Positions 35,023 to 48,943 are shown, counted from the first letter of the whole stretch. The stretch: 63,785 nt of DNA, filler included, from Octopus bimaculoides (GCF_001194135.2; 5 parts of 4 records of this genome joined end to end with filler, not necessarily neighbours in it), one strand, 5' to 3'. Notes: a model not told the origin generated them from the sequence alone. Translations and numbers: made by a program.

Positions 35023-35410
35023 AAGAACGCCTTTAACATGATCACTCCTGCTGTAACCACCACCGCTAGTATATTAGCGTCAACACCGTTAGTATGACAG
35101 CAATACAAGCACCTGTACTACTATTCCCATACTACAATCGCAACCGATAGCATTGCATTACCATACCACCACCACCACCACCACCACCACCATTAATTAC
35201 TACATTACCCCACTGCCAACGATCAAACAGAAAGCATATACCACCGAAAGCTGCAGTAACATCGCTATTCCCGTTCGGCTGCTGCTTCTGCTTCTGCTGC
35301 TACTGCCATCTCCAAGACTATATTCCAAACTTCCCAACCGTTAACAACCCTTACAACATCAACTCCTACTATCCCCACCACCACCATCACCCCTTTCTAC
35401 CTCTGCCACT
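34563..35410. repeat. Degenerate trinucleotide low-complexity tract (CAC/TAC/AAC/TGC)
   Basis: Direct reading; source of the poly-H/Y/T pseudo-ORFs. Confidence 0.85.
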
Positions 35411-36676
35411 ACTATTAATACGACCGAGCACAACAAGCAGCAGGCGTTCTTTTTAAAGGTTCCCCTCAAGTTCTAAGATTATATAAACGACGGCGCCGAC
35501 GGATCGATTCTGGTTGGAAATCTGCCCTTCTTTACCTAGAACTTTGATCCACACTGGCACTGAACCAAAGAAAGAGAAAAAAAAATAAAGAAAAAAGAAG
35601 AAAAGAAGCAAAAGAAAAGGAACGTAATCACACACACACACACACACACGCACANNNNNNNNNNNNNNNNNNNNNNNNNNNNNNNNNNNNNNNNNNNNNN
35701 NNNNNNNNNNNNNNNNNNNNNNNNNNNNNNNNNNNNNNNNNNNNNNNNNNNNNNNNNNNNNNNNNNNNNNNNNNNNNNNNNNNNNNNNNNNNNNNNNNNN
35801 NNNNNNNNNNNNNNNNNNNNNNNNNNNNNNNNNNNNNNNNNNNNNNNNNNNNNNNNNNNNNNNNNNNNNNNNNNNNNNNNNNNNNNNNNNNNNNNNNNNN
35901 NNNNNNNNNNNNNNNNNNNNNNNNNNNNNNNNNNNNNNNNNNNNNNNNNNNNNNNNNNNNNNNNNNNNNNNNNNNNNNNNNNNNNNNNNNNNNNNNNNNN
36001 NNNNNNNNNNNNNNNNNNNNNNNNNNNNNNNNNNNNNNNNNNNNNNNNNNNNNNNNNNNNNNNNNNNNNNNNNNNNNNNNNNNNNNNNNNNNNNNNNNNN
36101 NNNNNNNNNNNNNNNNNNNNNNNNNNNNNNNNNNNNNNNNNNNNNNNNNNNNNNNNNNNNNNNNNNNNNNNNNNNNNNNNNNNNNNNNNNNNNNNNNNNN
36201 NNNACCCCAGGCGTTCTTGACAAGCGTATGCATTTATGTGTGTGAATGCATCCATTTGGTTGCTTAAGCACGTGTTTGTGCCTTGGTACATTTGCGACCA
36301 GCCCCGTATAAGTACGTGTATGTATTTTTGCCAACGTATGCGTATAAATAAAACTACACGCTTCATAAGATGTCGGTAAATAACACGCATGCACATATCT
36401 ATATCGCCATATCGCGGTGCACCTATCGCGTAGTTTGTACACCGCGGATTTTTTTCTTGTTAACATATGTAAATTTATATCACGGATTCTACGGTATATC
36501 GCGAGTTTCTGCAGCCGATAAATATTTATATTTTTCATCTATCGCGGGAGGCTTTGGAACGTAACATTCACGATAGTCGAGGGATTACTGTACTTGTACA
36601 TGCGTATGTGTGTACGCTCAAATAAACTATTTGTAAACGTATCGGCATTTGTGGGATATATGAATGTGTATGTGTG

Positions 36677-36715
<39 letters not shown>

Positions 36716-36851
36716 NNNNNNNNNNNNNNNNNNNNNNNNNNNNNNNNNNNNNNNNNNNNNNNNNNNNNNNNNNNNNNNNNNNNNNNNNNNNNNNNNNNNN
36801 NNNNNNNNNNNNNNNNNNNNNNAACAGCAAAAAGGCGACACACACACACGG

Positions 36852-36884
<33 letters not shown>

Positions 36885-36896
36885 CATACATACATA

Positions 36897-36983
36897 AAAA
36901 GGATAAAGTCCTGGGGGTCGATTTGTTTGACTAAAGGCGGGGCTCCAGCACGGCCGCAGTCAAATGACTAAGACAAATAAAAA
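36897..36983 (+). mobile_element. SINE family 1 tail
   Basis: aagtcctgggggtcgatttg...ggcggggctccagca.ggccgcagtcaaatgact. Confidence 0.8.
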
Positions 36984-37431
36984 CATACATACATACAAAC
37001 ATGCATACATACATACAAACATACACAAAATTACGATAAACAATTTTAATTCCAAATTTCTACGTACATTTCACAATCGTCATTGCTTGGATCATTATGG
37101 AACGCTTTGTTGCATTATGTTATAATGTTACAGACAAATAATGTGTGTCCACACACACACACCCACACACACGCCTATGTTTATGTGTGTGCTTGCTCTC
37201 TTGCAAAATAAGAAATTATATTCAAAATATATCGTATGATTTAAGGGGCTCAGGTTTTTTTACTGCGCAAACAATTCTGTGGCGCAACAGATTACTCACA
37301 TTTTGGAGACACGTTAAAATTCATTGACATATAATCGTACTGACGCGTATTGAATGTGATAATTTATCGCTTCTCAGTAAATCAACATCATACACACACA
37401 CAACATCATATCACACATACATACACACATA

Positions 37432-37469
<38 letters not shown>

Positions 37470-37473
<4 letters not shown>

Positions 37474-38200
37474 GAGAATATACAAATAATAACAACAGAC
37501 GAGGACAGGTGGTGTAAATAACAAAAGTATATATTAGTATGACGCTCGGGAATACGGAAAGTCTTTGACGTTTCGAGCTACGCTCTTCAACAGAAAGAAT
37601 ACGGAGACAAGGAGAAAAACACGGAGAAAAAAAATTGAATAGTGTTCAGTCAACGGTCAATCATAATAATGGCCGATCATAGCAATGACTGACCGGAAGT
37701 TAGAAATTCTTATTTCAGGAGAGCTAAGAAAGGGGGAGATAACAAACGGTGATCGGGAACGAGGGGCTGTGTGTGGGAGATATGTTATTTACAGAAATAC
37801 ATTCTCATTCGGAGAACAAAAATACCCATATATAAACCTCGTTACATACACACGTTACGTACGCGTACACTCCCCCACTCCCCGTCACATTTCTTCTATC
37901 CCAGACAGCTATATGGTAAATCACAAGAGAATATAAGACAGCACAGCACAATGGAATCACCCTGTCTGTCATCCTCAACATTATCAATTCCCCGCCGCCA
38001 TTCCATCTGCCCATCATCTTTAAGAACTACATCTTTCCAGAATACTGCTAAAACATTTCTTGCAGCCTTCATGAATCTGTTTCCTTATCATTCTTTATTT
38101 GGTATCTGCTATAGAGAAAGAGAATTCTTTCCTTCATTTCTTGCCAATTTCTTCCATTCTTTGCTTTTTTCTTTCACTCGGTCTTCCTTTTTTTTATAAT
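37470..38200 (-). mobile_element. PLE-type family A terminal repeat plus adjacent body
   Basis: First ~185 bp match 32723-32906; unique continuation without a recognisable protein motif, so the far boundary is uncertain. Confidence 0.6.
37562..37598 (-). ncRNA. Minimal type I hammerhead, CUGUUGA variant (second copy)
   Basis: Same sequence as 32815-32851. Confidence 0.65.
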
Positions 38201-38553
38201 AATTTATTTATTTATTTTTTGGCTTTGATCAAAACATTTCGTTATTTTTTTTTTATTTTGTATTTTCTTTTTCTTTGGCGTGTCTCTGGGGGTCGTACTA
38301 TTCTTTTCGATACAAACTACACTCACATGCATTCCACATTCCTATACACACCGACGCGCATACCTATCACACAGTCGCACACACACTCATGCATACATAC
38401 CTACATACATACATGCATACATGCAAACATACATACAAATACATACATACACCAACGCATGTGTTAATATATGCGTCTATGTATGTATGAATATTAATCT
38501 AGCTATCTGTCTGTTTTTGTCTGTCCGTATGCCTGTCTATCTTTCTTTTCCCT

Positions 38554-38591
<38 letters not shown>

Positions 38592-38592
38592 G

Positions 38593-38623
<31 letters not shown>

Positions 38624-40039
38624 GTCTGTCTGTCTTCCGTCCGTCCGTCCGTTCGTCCGCCCGTCTGTCTGTCCGTCTGTCTGTCTGTCTGTCTGCCTTT
38701 CTATCTCCCCGTATTTAAGTATGTACGTGTGTATGTATATTTACTGATGTAAATACATATATGTATATTTATAACTGTATGTGAGTAGATATGCATATAT
38801 AAATATAGATATANNNNNNNNNNNNNNNNNNNNNNNNNNNNNNNNNNNNNNNNNNNNNNNNNNNNNNNNNNNNNNNNNNNNNNNNNNNNNNNNNNNNNNN
38901 NNNNNNNNNNNNNNNNNNNNNNNNNNNNNNNNNNNNNNNNNNNNNNNNNNNNNNNNNNNNNNNNNNNNNNNNNNNNNNNNNNNNNNNNNNNNNNNNNNNN
39001 NNNNNNNNNNNNNNNNNNNNNNNNNNNNNNNNNNNNNNNNNNNNNNNNNNNNNNNNNNNNNNNNNNNNNNNNNNNNNNNNNNNNNNNNNNNNNNNNNNNN
39101 NNNNNNNNNNNNNNNNNNNNNNNNNNNNNNNNNNNNNNNNNNNNNNNNNNNNNNNNNNNNNNNNNNNNNNNNNNNNNNNNNNNNNNNNNNNNNNNNNNNN
39201 NNNNNNNNNNNNNNNNNNNNNNNNNNNNNNNNNNNNNNNNNNNNNNNNNNNNNNNNNNNNNNNNNNNNNNNNNNNNNNNNNNNNNNNNNNNNNNNNNNNN
39301 NNNNNNNNNNNNNNNNNNNNNNNNNNNNNNNNNNNNNNNNNNNNNNNNNNNNNNNNNNNNNNNNNNNNNNNNNNNNNNNNNNNNNNNNNNNNNNNNNNNN
39401 NNNNNNNNNNNNNNNNNNNNNNNNNNNNNNNNNNNNNNNNNNNNNNNNNNNNNNNNNNNNNNNNNNNNNNNNNNNNNNNNNNNNNNNNNNNNNNNNNNNN
39501 NNNNACACACAAAAACAACTCATGGCCCTGTGCCAGTCTATTAAAATGTTCCTATAACCTTCATATCATTTCTAAAATCACTATATCTGGTATGGATAAA
39601 CAAATAAATATATAAACATCTTTTGATATTTCCTCTTATTTTAATTTTCCTTATAAGAAATTTTTCTTTGATGGCCTTCTTAGAGATTTTACAACGTTTT
39701 TAGGTTCCTCGTCACGCAATTCCTAGATCTTTTCACACAGAGAATATAAATGATAAATATCTTTGAACATTTTGTCGCAATTATTATTCTGTACGCAACC
39801 AGAACATATAAATCGGTACAATTTCAGTACAGATGTGACAGTCACTTTCGGAACGCATGCATCAGTTATGAATTTCAATCATTTCATGATAAACTTCAGA
39901 ATTTGCATCTCGGTACAGATTCTACTCACGTGACAGTATACACGTGATTCAGTAATGAATCCAGTTCTTGTGAATTCATTAAAATTTCAGTACGAGAGTT
40001 TTGGCGCAAATTTGAAAACATGAGACACACGCACGGAAT

Positions 40040-40159
40040 TATGTTGTTGTTGGCACTCCGTCGCTTACGACTTCGAGGGTTCCAGTTGATCCGATCAACG
40101 GAACAGCCTGCTCGTGAAATTAACGTACAAGTGGCTGAGCACTCCACAGGCACGAGTAC
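40040..40159 (-). mobile_element. SINE family 3b tail
   Basis: rc matches 25170-25290, with (CAA)n end. Confidence 0.8.
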
Positions 40160-40223
40160 CCTTAACGTAGTTCTCGGGGNNNNNNNNNNNNNNNNNNNNN
40201 NNNNNNNNNNNNNNNNNNNNNNN

Positions 40224-40235
40224 TTAATTAATTAA
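40224..40235. other. Artificial scaffold linker
   Basis: 44N-TTAATTAATTAA-44N. Confidence 0.95.
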
Positions 40236-40393
40236 NNNNNNNNNNNNNNNNNNNNNNNNNNNNNNNNNNNNNNNNNNNNATATGCACATATATATATATA
40301 CATAAATATATACATATATATATATATATACATACATATATATATACATATATATATACATATATAAACACACACATATACACACACACATAC

Positions 40394-40428
<35 letters not shown>

Positions 40429-40431
40429 TAG

Positions 40432-40462
<31 letters not shown>

Positions 40463-40869
40463 GATAGATAGATTTATATGTGTGTGTGTGTAAATATATA
40501 TGCGCGTGTTTATGCATATTAATAAATTCATAAGTCTGTGTGCTTATATATTTATATATGTATGTATACATGTGTGTGTGTGTTTGTGTGTTTGTGTGTT
40601 TGTGTGTGTGTGCGTATGTGTGTGTGTGGTACGCATGTGAATATATCATTGTTCGTAACAAAATACCACATAGGACTGTATGAAATATATAGATACAAAT
40701 GTCAAAGAAATTAAACGTTTAAATTGTATATATCGATTGAATGAACTGTTAAAGGATTTATGAATAATTCTGTAAATAAGTATATTTACGCGCGCACACT
40801 CACACATACACACGCATACATGCACACACACATGCGTTTTCTTTATGTTATTTTTTCTTTAACCCGCAT

Positions 40870-41435
40870 CAGTCATTAGGCTGAAGCCATGCTGGAGCAC
40901 CGCCTTTGAGGCTTTTAGTCAAATGAATCGACTCCCAGGACTTAATCTTTGCAAGCCTTGTACTTACCGGTGTCTTTTGTCGAACTGTTAAGTTACGGGG
41001 ACATAAACACACCACCATCGGTCGTCAAATGAGGGTGTAGGGAGGGGGCAAACATAAACACAAAGACACACACACACACATAAATACATATACACATACG
41101 ACGGGCTTCTTTCAGTTTCCATCTACCAAAATCACTCACAAAGCTTCGGTCGGTCTCATGCTATAATGGAAGACACTCGCCCAGCATCTCACGCAGTGTG
41201 ACTGAACCCGGAACCATGTAGTTGTGAACCAAACTTCTTACCACGCAGCCAAGCCCGCACCTATACACACACACACACATACACACATACGACGGGCTTC
41301 TTTCAGTTTCCGTCTACCAAATCCATTCACAAGGCTTTGGTCGGTCCGGAGTTATAGTACGAGACAGTTGCTTAGTGTGACTGAACTCAGAACCATGTGA
41401 TTAGTAAACAAACTTCTTACTAGACAGCCACGCTT

Positions 41436-41436
<1 letters not shown>
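40870..41436 (-). mobile_element. SINE family 1 full copy (40870-41262) preceded by an extra head-core unit (41287-41436)
   Basis: acgacgggcttctttcagtttcc occurs twice, each followed on + by a head sequence. Confidence 0.8.
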
Positions 41437-41473
<37 letters not shown>

Positions 41474-41624
41474 ACGCAAACACACAAACAAACACACACA
41501 CATACACAGAGATCTATGTATATATGCGCACATGCGTGTATGTGTATATGTTTGGATGAATGGATAGATGGATGGATAATATGCATAAACACGCGCATAT
41601 ATATTTACACACACACACATATAG

Positions 41625-41680
<56 letters not shown>

Positions 41681-42072
41681 GTCTGTCTGTCTGTTTATCT
41701 GTATGTGTGTGTGTATATGTGTGTGTTTATATATGTATATATATATGTATATATATATCTGTATGTATATATATNNNNNNNNNNNNNNNNNNNNNNNNNN
41801 NNNNNNNNNNNNNNNNNNNNNNNNNNNNNNNNNNNNNNNNNNNNNNNNNNNNNNNNNNNNNNNNNNNNNNNNNNNNNNNNNNNNNNNNNNNNNNNNNNNN
41901 NNNNNNNNNNNNNNNNNNNNNNNNNNNNNNNNNNNNNNNNNNNNNNNNNNNNNNNATCTATCTATCTATCTGTCTGTCTGTCTGTTTATCTGTATGTGTG
42001 TGTGTATATGTGTGTGTTTATATATGTATATATATATGTATAACAATTAGAAAATGGAGGATAATATGCTGA

Positions 42073-42370
42073 ACCCAACTACTTGCAGACGGTGTATCCC
42101 GTTGAATTCATTAATTTAATTCATAGCAAAAGTGATAAAGGGAGGAAGAAAAGAAAAAGAAAGAAAGATCCAAAGCACAGGTGTCCATGGCAGACTATGT
42201 TATTTTGCCAACATGGTTTACATATAGAAGTACAAAGTACATAAGGAATTAGAGGATGAACAGAAGTTTAATCTTACAGCTGTTACGGCCTAGTTTTGGC
42301 AGACCCCATTCTATCCGAATATTCCTTTCCGGAGTGATTATCGGATGACATTTTGAAATGGGGTTACATG
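42073..42370 (-). mobile_element. HHR-bearing repeat family C, partial copy
   Basis: About 300 bp similar to 52324-52610; GUAAC instead of GAAAC; the CUGANGA part falls in the gap. Confidence 0.75.
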
Positions 42371-43096
42371 NNNNNNNNNNNNNNNNNNNNNNNNNNNNNN
42401 NNNNNNNNNNNNNNNNNNNNNNNNNNNNNNNNNNNNNNNNNNNNNNNNNNNNNNNNNNNNNNNNNNNNNNNNNNNNNNNNNNNNNNNNNNNNNNNNNNNN
42501 NNNNNNNNNNNNNNNNNNNNNNNNNNNNNNNNNNNNNNNNNNNNNNNNNNNNNNNNNNNNNNNNNNNNNNNNNNNNNNNNNNNNNNNNNNNNNNNNNNNN
42601 NNNNNNNNNNNNNNNNNNNNNNNNNNNNNNNNNNNNNNNNNNNNNNNNNNNNNNNNNNNNNNNNNNNNNNNNNNNNNNNNNNNNNNNNNNNNNNNNNNNN
42701 NNNNNNNNNNNNNNNNNNNNNNNNNNNNNNNNNNNNNNNNNNNNNNNNNNNNNNNNNNNNNNNNNNNNNNNNNNNNNNNNNNNNNNNNNNNNNNNNNNNN
42801 NNNNNNNNNNNNNNNNNNNNNNNNNNNNNNNNNNNNNNNNNNNNNNNNNNNNNNNNNNNNNNNNNNNNNNNNNNNNNNNNNNNNNNNNNNNNNNNNNNNN
42901 NNNNNNNNNNNNNNNNNNNNNNNNNNNNNNNNNNNNNNNNNNNNNNNNNNNNNNNNNNNNNNNNNNNNNNNNNNNNNNNNNNNNNNNNNNNNNNNNNNNN
43001 NNNNNNNNNNNNNNNNNNNNNNNNNNNNNNNNNNNNNNNNNNNNNNNNNNNNCGGGTTATCACTTTGAAAGTGTTTTAAGCATATTTCATGGCTTT

Positions 43097-43528
43097 GTAT
43101 TCTTTTCTACTCTAGGTACAAGCCCCAAAATTTTAAGAGAAGCTTCCAGTCGATTAGATCAACCCCCAGTACGCAACTGGTACTTAATTTATCAACCCCC
43201 GAAAGGATGAAAGGCAATGTCGACCTTGGCGGAATTTGAACTCAGAACATAAAGACAGACGAAATACCGCAAAGTATTTCACCTGGCGTACTAACGTTTC
43301 TGCCACCTCACCGCCTTAAGAATAATAATGATATTAAATTTTGCCACAGGGGCAGCTTGGGGGAGGAGATTAAGTTGATTACATCTACCCCAGTGCATAA
43401 CAGGTACTTAATTCATCGAACCCGAAAAGATGAAAGGCAAAGTCAACGTCGGCAGAATTTGAACTCAGAACGTAAAGACCGCTAAGCATTCCATCCGGTG
43501 TGTTAACGTTTCTGCCACCTCGCTGCTT
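43097..43528 (-). mobile_element. SINE family 2, two tandem copies
   Basis: Heads end at about 43318 and 43528. Confidence 0.85.
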
Positions 43529-43759
43529 TGTTATGGCTTTATATTAGTAGAAGAATCACATTTTTTACGATAAATGTGGTTAGATGTGAGGCTGAATTTA
43601 AATGAAATTAAATTAAATGTAAATGCTATTCGCACTAAAATTTTATGTTACTGTCCCAGGCACAATCGCCTGGGACCAAAATTGCAGGAATCCTACAGAC
43701 CCAGGTTTACTCAAACAGCCAAAAGCAATTGTTTCCTTTCGGACGTACTCGACGAACTC

Positions 43760-44450
43760 CAGTGGCATACTGTGAGGTGATCCTGGCCCATTCATTCGAG
43801 CCATATTTGCCATTCTCGTCGTTGAAATAACAGCATTTTTATCTTTACATTCTCCTTATTCTCGAAGTGTATGAAAAATTACAAGTGATCGGCCAAAGTG
43901 AGAAGTGCTTGTCTTCAGTGTCTTTTTAAGACGTGTTTCACTGTTGCCACCAGATGCAGAAGACTACCTGGCCAACCTGGACCAAAGAAAGCGGTAAAAC
44001 ATTCATCACGATGGACTCGACTTAAAGATGTTTGATGTATATTCATAGTTCAAAAAAGTTAATACATCTAATGACTGTTTGTAGAACGTCTTCGATACTC
44101 GACACACATTCCGAACAGGGGACGGTTGTCGGATTTACCTCCTGTTTGAAGAGTTTATCTCGAGCCAGTAATAAATATCTCCCAATAACAACTGTAGGTC
44201 AGAGATTTCTAGATGCTATATTTAGTCTCTCGAGCGAAAGTCTTCAAGGATCAAACAAGCTATTCTTGTCTCTGCCCGCGTTTTCCCCTGAAAATCTCTT
44301 CAACCTTCCCTGTCGCAAGTCCGTAATACATCGGTAACTTAGAAGTACCAATGCCTGATTGATAGAGGGATGTGACCATTCCCAGGAGCCCAGGTTTGGT
44401 TTTCATTGCATCCATGATTGCAGTTCTATCATAGAGATGAGCATCGGGAA
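43760..44450 (-). mobile_element. Tx1/L1-clade LINE ORF2 C-terminal remnant
   Basis: Frameshifted KSLTYSCY, LLARDKLFKQ...CSEC...EDVLQTVIRC (zf-RVT-like) and terminal ANMARMNGP. Confidence 0.55.
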
Positions 44451-44659
44451 AATGTGTAACGGCACAATTGACGCAGACATGTTTAGTCCCTCATCGGAAA
44501 GGCAGTGGAAAGGCTCCAAAACAAGTGGAAAATAGGGGAAGGGTTAAGTTATAAAGAGACAACTTTACAAATACTACAGTTCTAACGAGTGTTCTTCTCA
44601 CATCATCAACCACGGTATATCGAAACCTTTGTGAATAGGGTTTGACAGAGATAACTACA

Positions 44660-44817
44660 TAGGAGTGACTGTGTGGCAAGTAGCTTACTTACGAACCACA
44701 TGGTTCCGGGTTCAGTCCCTCTGCGTGGAACCTTGGGCAAGTGTCTTCTACTGTAGCCTCGGGCCGACCAAAGCCTTGTGAGTGGATTTGGTAAACGGAA
44801 ACTGAAAGAAGCCCGAC

Positions 44818-44863
<46 letters not shown>

Positions 44864-45090
44864 GTGTATGTATATGTTTCTGTGTCTGTGTTTGTCTCCC
44901 TAACATCGCTGGACAACCGATGCTAGTGTGTTTACGTCCCCGTAACTTAGCGGTTCGGCAAAAGAGACCGAGAGAATAAGTACTAAGCTTAGAAAGAATA
45001 AGTCCTGGGGTCGATTTGCTCGACTAAAGGCGGTGCTCCAGCATGGCCACAGTCAAATGACTGAAACAAGTAAAAAGCGTAAAAGAGAGA
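44660..45090 (+). mobile_element. SINE family 1, full length
   Basis: Head, core, internal (TA)n and tail. Confidence 0.9.
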
Positions 45091-45093
45091 AAA

Positions 45094-45128
<35 letters not shown>

Positions 45129-45130
<2 letters not shown>

Positions 45131-45344
45131 TGTCTTCAAAACAAACCTGGCTCTTCCCCTGTCAAGAGATCCGGATGAGCCTACCTTGCGGCAGGAAACG
45201 CAGATGAGAGCAGCAGTATCAAACTTCATCATTCAATTCCACATATCAGAGGAGGTTTCAAGTAGTGAAGGTGAAGCAAAGCTACCGGTGGTACCCCAGC
45301 ATGGCCGCAGCTCTTAAGCTAAAACAAGTTAACGAGTAAAGAGT
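45129..45344 (+). mobile_element. CR1-clade LINE extreme 3' end
   Basis: VFKTNLALPLSRDPDEPTLRQETQMRAAVSNFIIQ (cf. D..L...PDEP......AA.SNS) followed by a tail homologous to the SINE family 1 tail. Confidence 0.7.
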
Positions 45345-45721
45345 TAGAACCTCAGCGACACTTGTTCCTTTAGAAAGGGGTCTTTTTTAACCGCTTGGAT
45401 GGGCAGAAATCTGGTGGTGCCTAAATGTCTAGCCATCTTGAACATCCTGTACCTCTCCATTCGGTAATCTAAAGCCTGAAAGAGATGGGCTTCTATCAGA
45501 GGCCTGTAAAACTTTAAGTTGTATGGAACCGAATCAAACTGTTTTAAATAATACATGTAACTCCTGTTAAATGTGCTGAATGCATTTTCTTTCGTTTGGT
45601 CACTCACTCGTACATATGTGTGTGTTTGTGTATAGGTTTTATATATACATACATAGGTACGAACGCACATACATAATACATACATACGTACGTACATACA
45701 TACAGACAGACAGATAGACAG

Positions 45722-45768
<47 letters not shown>

Positions 45769-46181
45769 TGACGACAAAGGAAAAACAAGAAAGTACACAC
45801 AATTGACACGGACATGTTTAATCCCTCATCTGTTATCAATAAGATATAATGAAAATTATCGGAGGAGGCGGTGGAAAGGCTCCAAGACAAGTGGAAAGGA
45901 GAAGAAGGGTTAAGTTATCCTCCACCTGACTGGTTAAGTCTACCACCCGAATAAATGATGGCGGTATTTGAACTAAGGACGCAAATGGCTAAATTAAATG
46001 CCACAAGGTATTCAGTCAGAATTTCTTTGGTACCTTTTTTGTTGATCCCGAAACAATAAAATGCAAACGTGATTTTAGTGGGTTTGAACTCAGTATATTC
46101 GACGTTGTAACACATCTGTCAATTCGCCACTTATTCACATACATCCAGGCACACCCACACACACACAAACAAACAAACAAA

Positions 46182-46232
<51 letters not shown>

Positions 46233-46868
46233 ACACACACACACACACACATAGAAAATATATATAAGGTAGAAAGAAATAGAGAAATTTTCTACCAGTG
46301 GCTAGCATGCATAAAATACTCTTAACCGTGGCTTGGGCTTTGGCTGCTCCTTTTAGCATGTAAGGTATCCTGTTAGTGTCACCTCTTTTGTTCATAAATG
46401 TACACTAATTTTATATATATNNNNNNNNNNNNNNNNNNNNNNNNNNNNNNNNNNNNNNNNNNNNNNNNNNNNNNNNNNNNNNNNNNNNNNNNNNNNNNNN
46501 NNNNNNNNNNNNNNNNNNNNNNNNNNNNNNNNNNNNNNNNNNNNNNNNNNNNNNNNNNNNNNNNNNNNNNNNNNNNNNNNNNNNNNNNNNNNNNNNNNNN
46601 NNNNNNNNNNNNNNNNNNNNNNNNNNNNNNNNNNNNNNNNNNNNNNNNNNNNNNNNNNNNNNNNNNNNNNNNNNNNNNNNNNNNNNNNNNNNNNNNNNNN
46701 NNNNNNNNNNNNNNNNNNNNNNNNNNNNNNNNNNNNNNNNNNNNNNNNNNNNNNNNNNNNNNNNNNNNNNNNNNNNNNNNNNNNNNNNNNNNNNNNNNNN
46801 NNNNNNNNNNNNNNNNNNNNNNNNNNNNNNNNNNNNNNNNNNNNNNNNNNNNNNNNNNNNNNNNNNNN

Positions 46869-46906
<38 letters not shown>

Positions 46907-48221
46907 TTATATGTATGTGTGTGTATGTATGTATACTGGCACAACACGTGTACCTACGCACTTATAGGCGCACTCACGCGCACAAACATAAATACATGCA
47001 AATGTACACACGCCCATATACACTTATACATATACATATACATATACACACGTACACACAAACGCATACATATACATAGAGAGACAAACACAAACACATA
47101 CACAAGCATCTGAATACAGACACACATAATACACACACATACGACCACACTCACGCACACACATGCGAACACACGCCGCACACAGACACGCATGCGCACG
47201 AACACACGCACACACACACACACACACACACACTCAAGCACGCACACATGCACAAACACGCACAAACAACACAAACACATACAGACATCCACACGTACAA
47301 ACACAACCTAATACACACGCGCTAGCACGCCTACGCACACACACACATACGCGCGCGCGCGCAAACACGCACACACACACACACACTCATATGCACACAC
47401 TACTACCACCACCACTACCGCCACCACCACCACCACCACCACAGCCGCCGCCGCCGCCATATTGTTTCCCCTTCTCACTATTTCTACTGTGACACAACGT
47501 GACACAATACTAACATCTCATACTCCAAACCTCAAACGGGAACATATTTCAATATCGAATTTCTCACACGATACTGTAATAAACACGATAGAGCTGACGC
47601 TAAAGCAGAGATCACCGTACATCCAACACTTAACAGATACACTGCATTATCACACCGAAGCCATATCGCTCAACCTGCAAGGCATATCAGCCAATGATTC
47701 CCACAAATCACACTTTACTGTCTTAAATATAAAATAAATATAGATAATGTAGTCTTATATAGTTCTAACATAGAAGACGATCATGGCTGTCAAGCCTTTC
47801 ATAATGGGTGTATTTTGCTCGTTGTTAGTTGACCTGCGGATAAATATCTACAATGTAAGTCGGATAAATACCACATACATCACAATGGAATAGAGCTGTT
47901 GTAGTTTAACCACAGGCCAGAAATGATTTATCAAAGGTATTTCGGCCGTGGCCGTCTCGTATGATTTTTGCTTTTCTTTTTGGTTTCGCTTTGTTTTGTT
48001 GTGTTTATCAGCCATGATATATCTAAGACCATGGTCTATAAGGTGGTGGTTGTTGGAATGTCAGCTGGTAACAGAAAGCCAGGCAGAAACGATGGATGTC
48101 TAATGCTAACCCATAAAAGTTTTTAAAAACTTACGATTTGTTTGGGTATTTTGAGGGCCCAGTTTTACTCATACACACACACACGCACACGCACACATAC
48201 ACATACACACACATACACACA

Positions 48222-48335
48222 CAAACACATTCGGGACGCCAGTCCATCGCAGCGTTACTCAAGAAACAGGAAGAAAGAGTGAGAGAAAGCTGAGGCGAAA
48301 GAGTACAACAGGGGTCGCCACCCCAGACCCCTGTC
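48222..48335 (-). mobile_element. SINE family 3a central fragment
   Basis: rc ggtggcgacccctgttgtactctttcgcc...ctttctctcactctttcttcctg...gatggactggcgtcccg. Confidence 0.7.
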
Positions 48336-48759
48336 GTTTGAAACGTGGTAAATATTTTAGTTTTGAAAATTAGTTTCCATCTCATTATGTCTGCATAAGC
48401 ACGAAAAACTGAGATAAAAACTAAACCAATTGTTTATTGTTTGTACGCCATACGTTTTGATATTACCCATGGTAGAAGCATTGTATTGCCATAGTTACTA
48501 GTCATGTGACACAATTACCTGTCATGTGACCTGTAATGTGACACAATCTACGACAAAGGAATATAATTGATTTAAATTTACCAATATATTACTGGTATCC
48601 AAGTATAAACTGGTACGTATTTTCTAGCTTGGATGGATGGATGGATGGATGGATGGATGGATGGATGGATGGATGGATGGAATTTAATTTTTAAAGAATT
48701 TGAACTTCGAGATAAAAAAAAAGAATGGAATCATTACAAAAGAGATAGTTGTGGTAATG

Positions 48760-48877
48760 GTAAAAGTGGTAGTGGTAGTGGTTGTGGTATTGGTGGTAGT
48801 AGTTGTGGTGTTGGGGAAAGTGTTTGTGGTGGTGATGGTGTGAAGGTTCATAAAAAATGCAGTAGTAGTAGTAGGAG

Positions 48878-48943
<66 letters not shown>

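Noticed and set aside
35478-35520. TATATAAA followed by a GC-rich stretch as a core promoter
   Set aside because: A single short motif in AT-rich DNA next to a gap, with no downstream gene evidence.
45345-45600. Minus-strand KQFDSVPY resembling the RT motif KAFDSVPH
   Set aside because: Flanking residues do not continue an RT alignment; probably chance.
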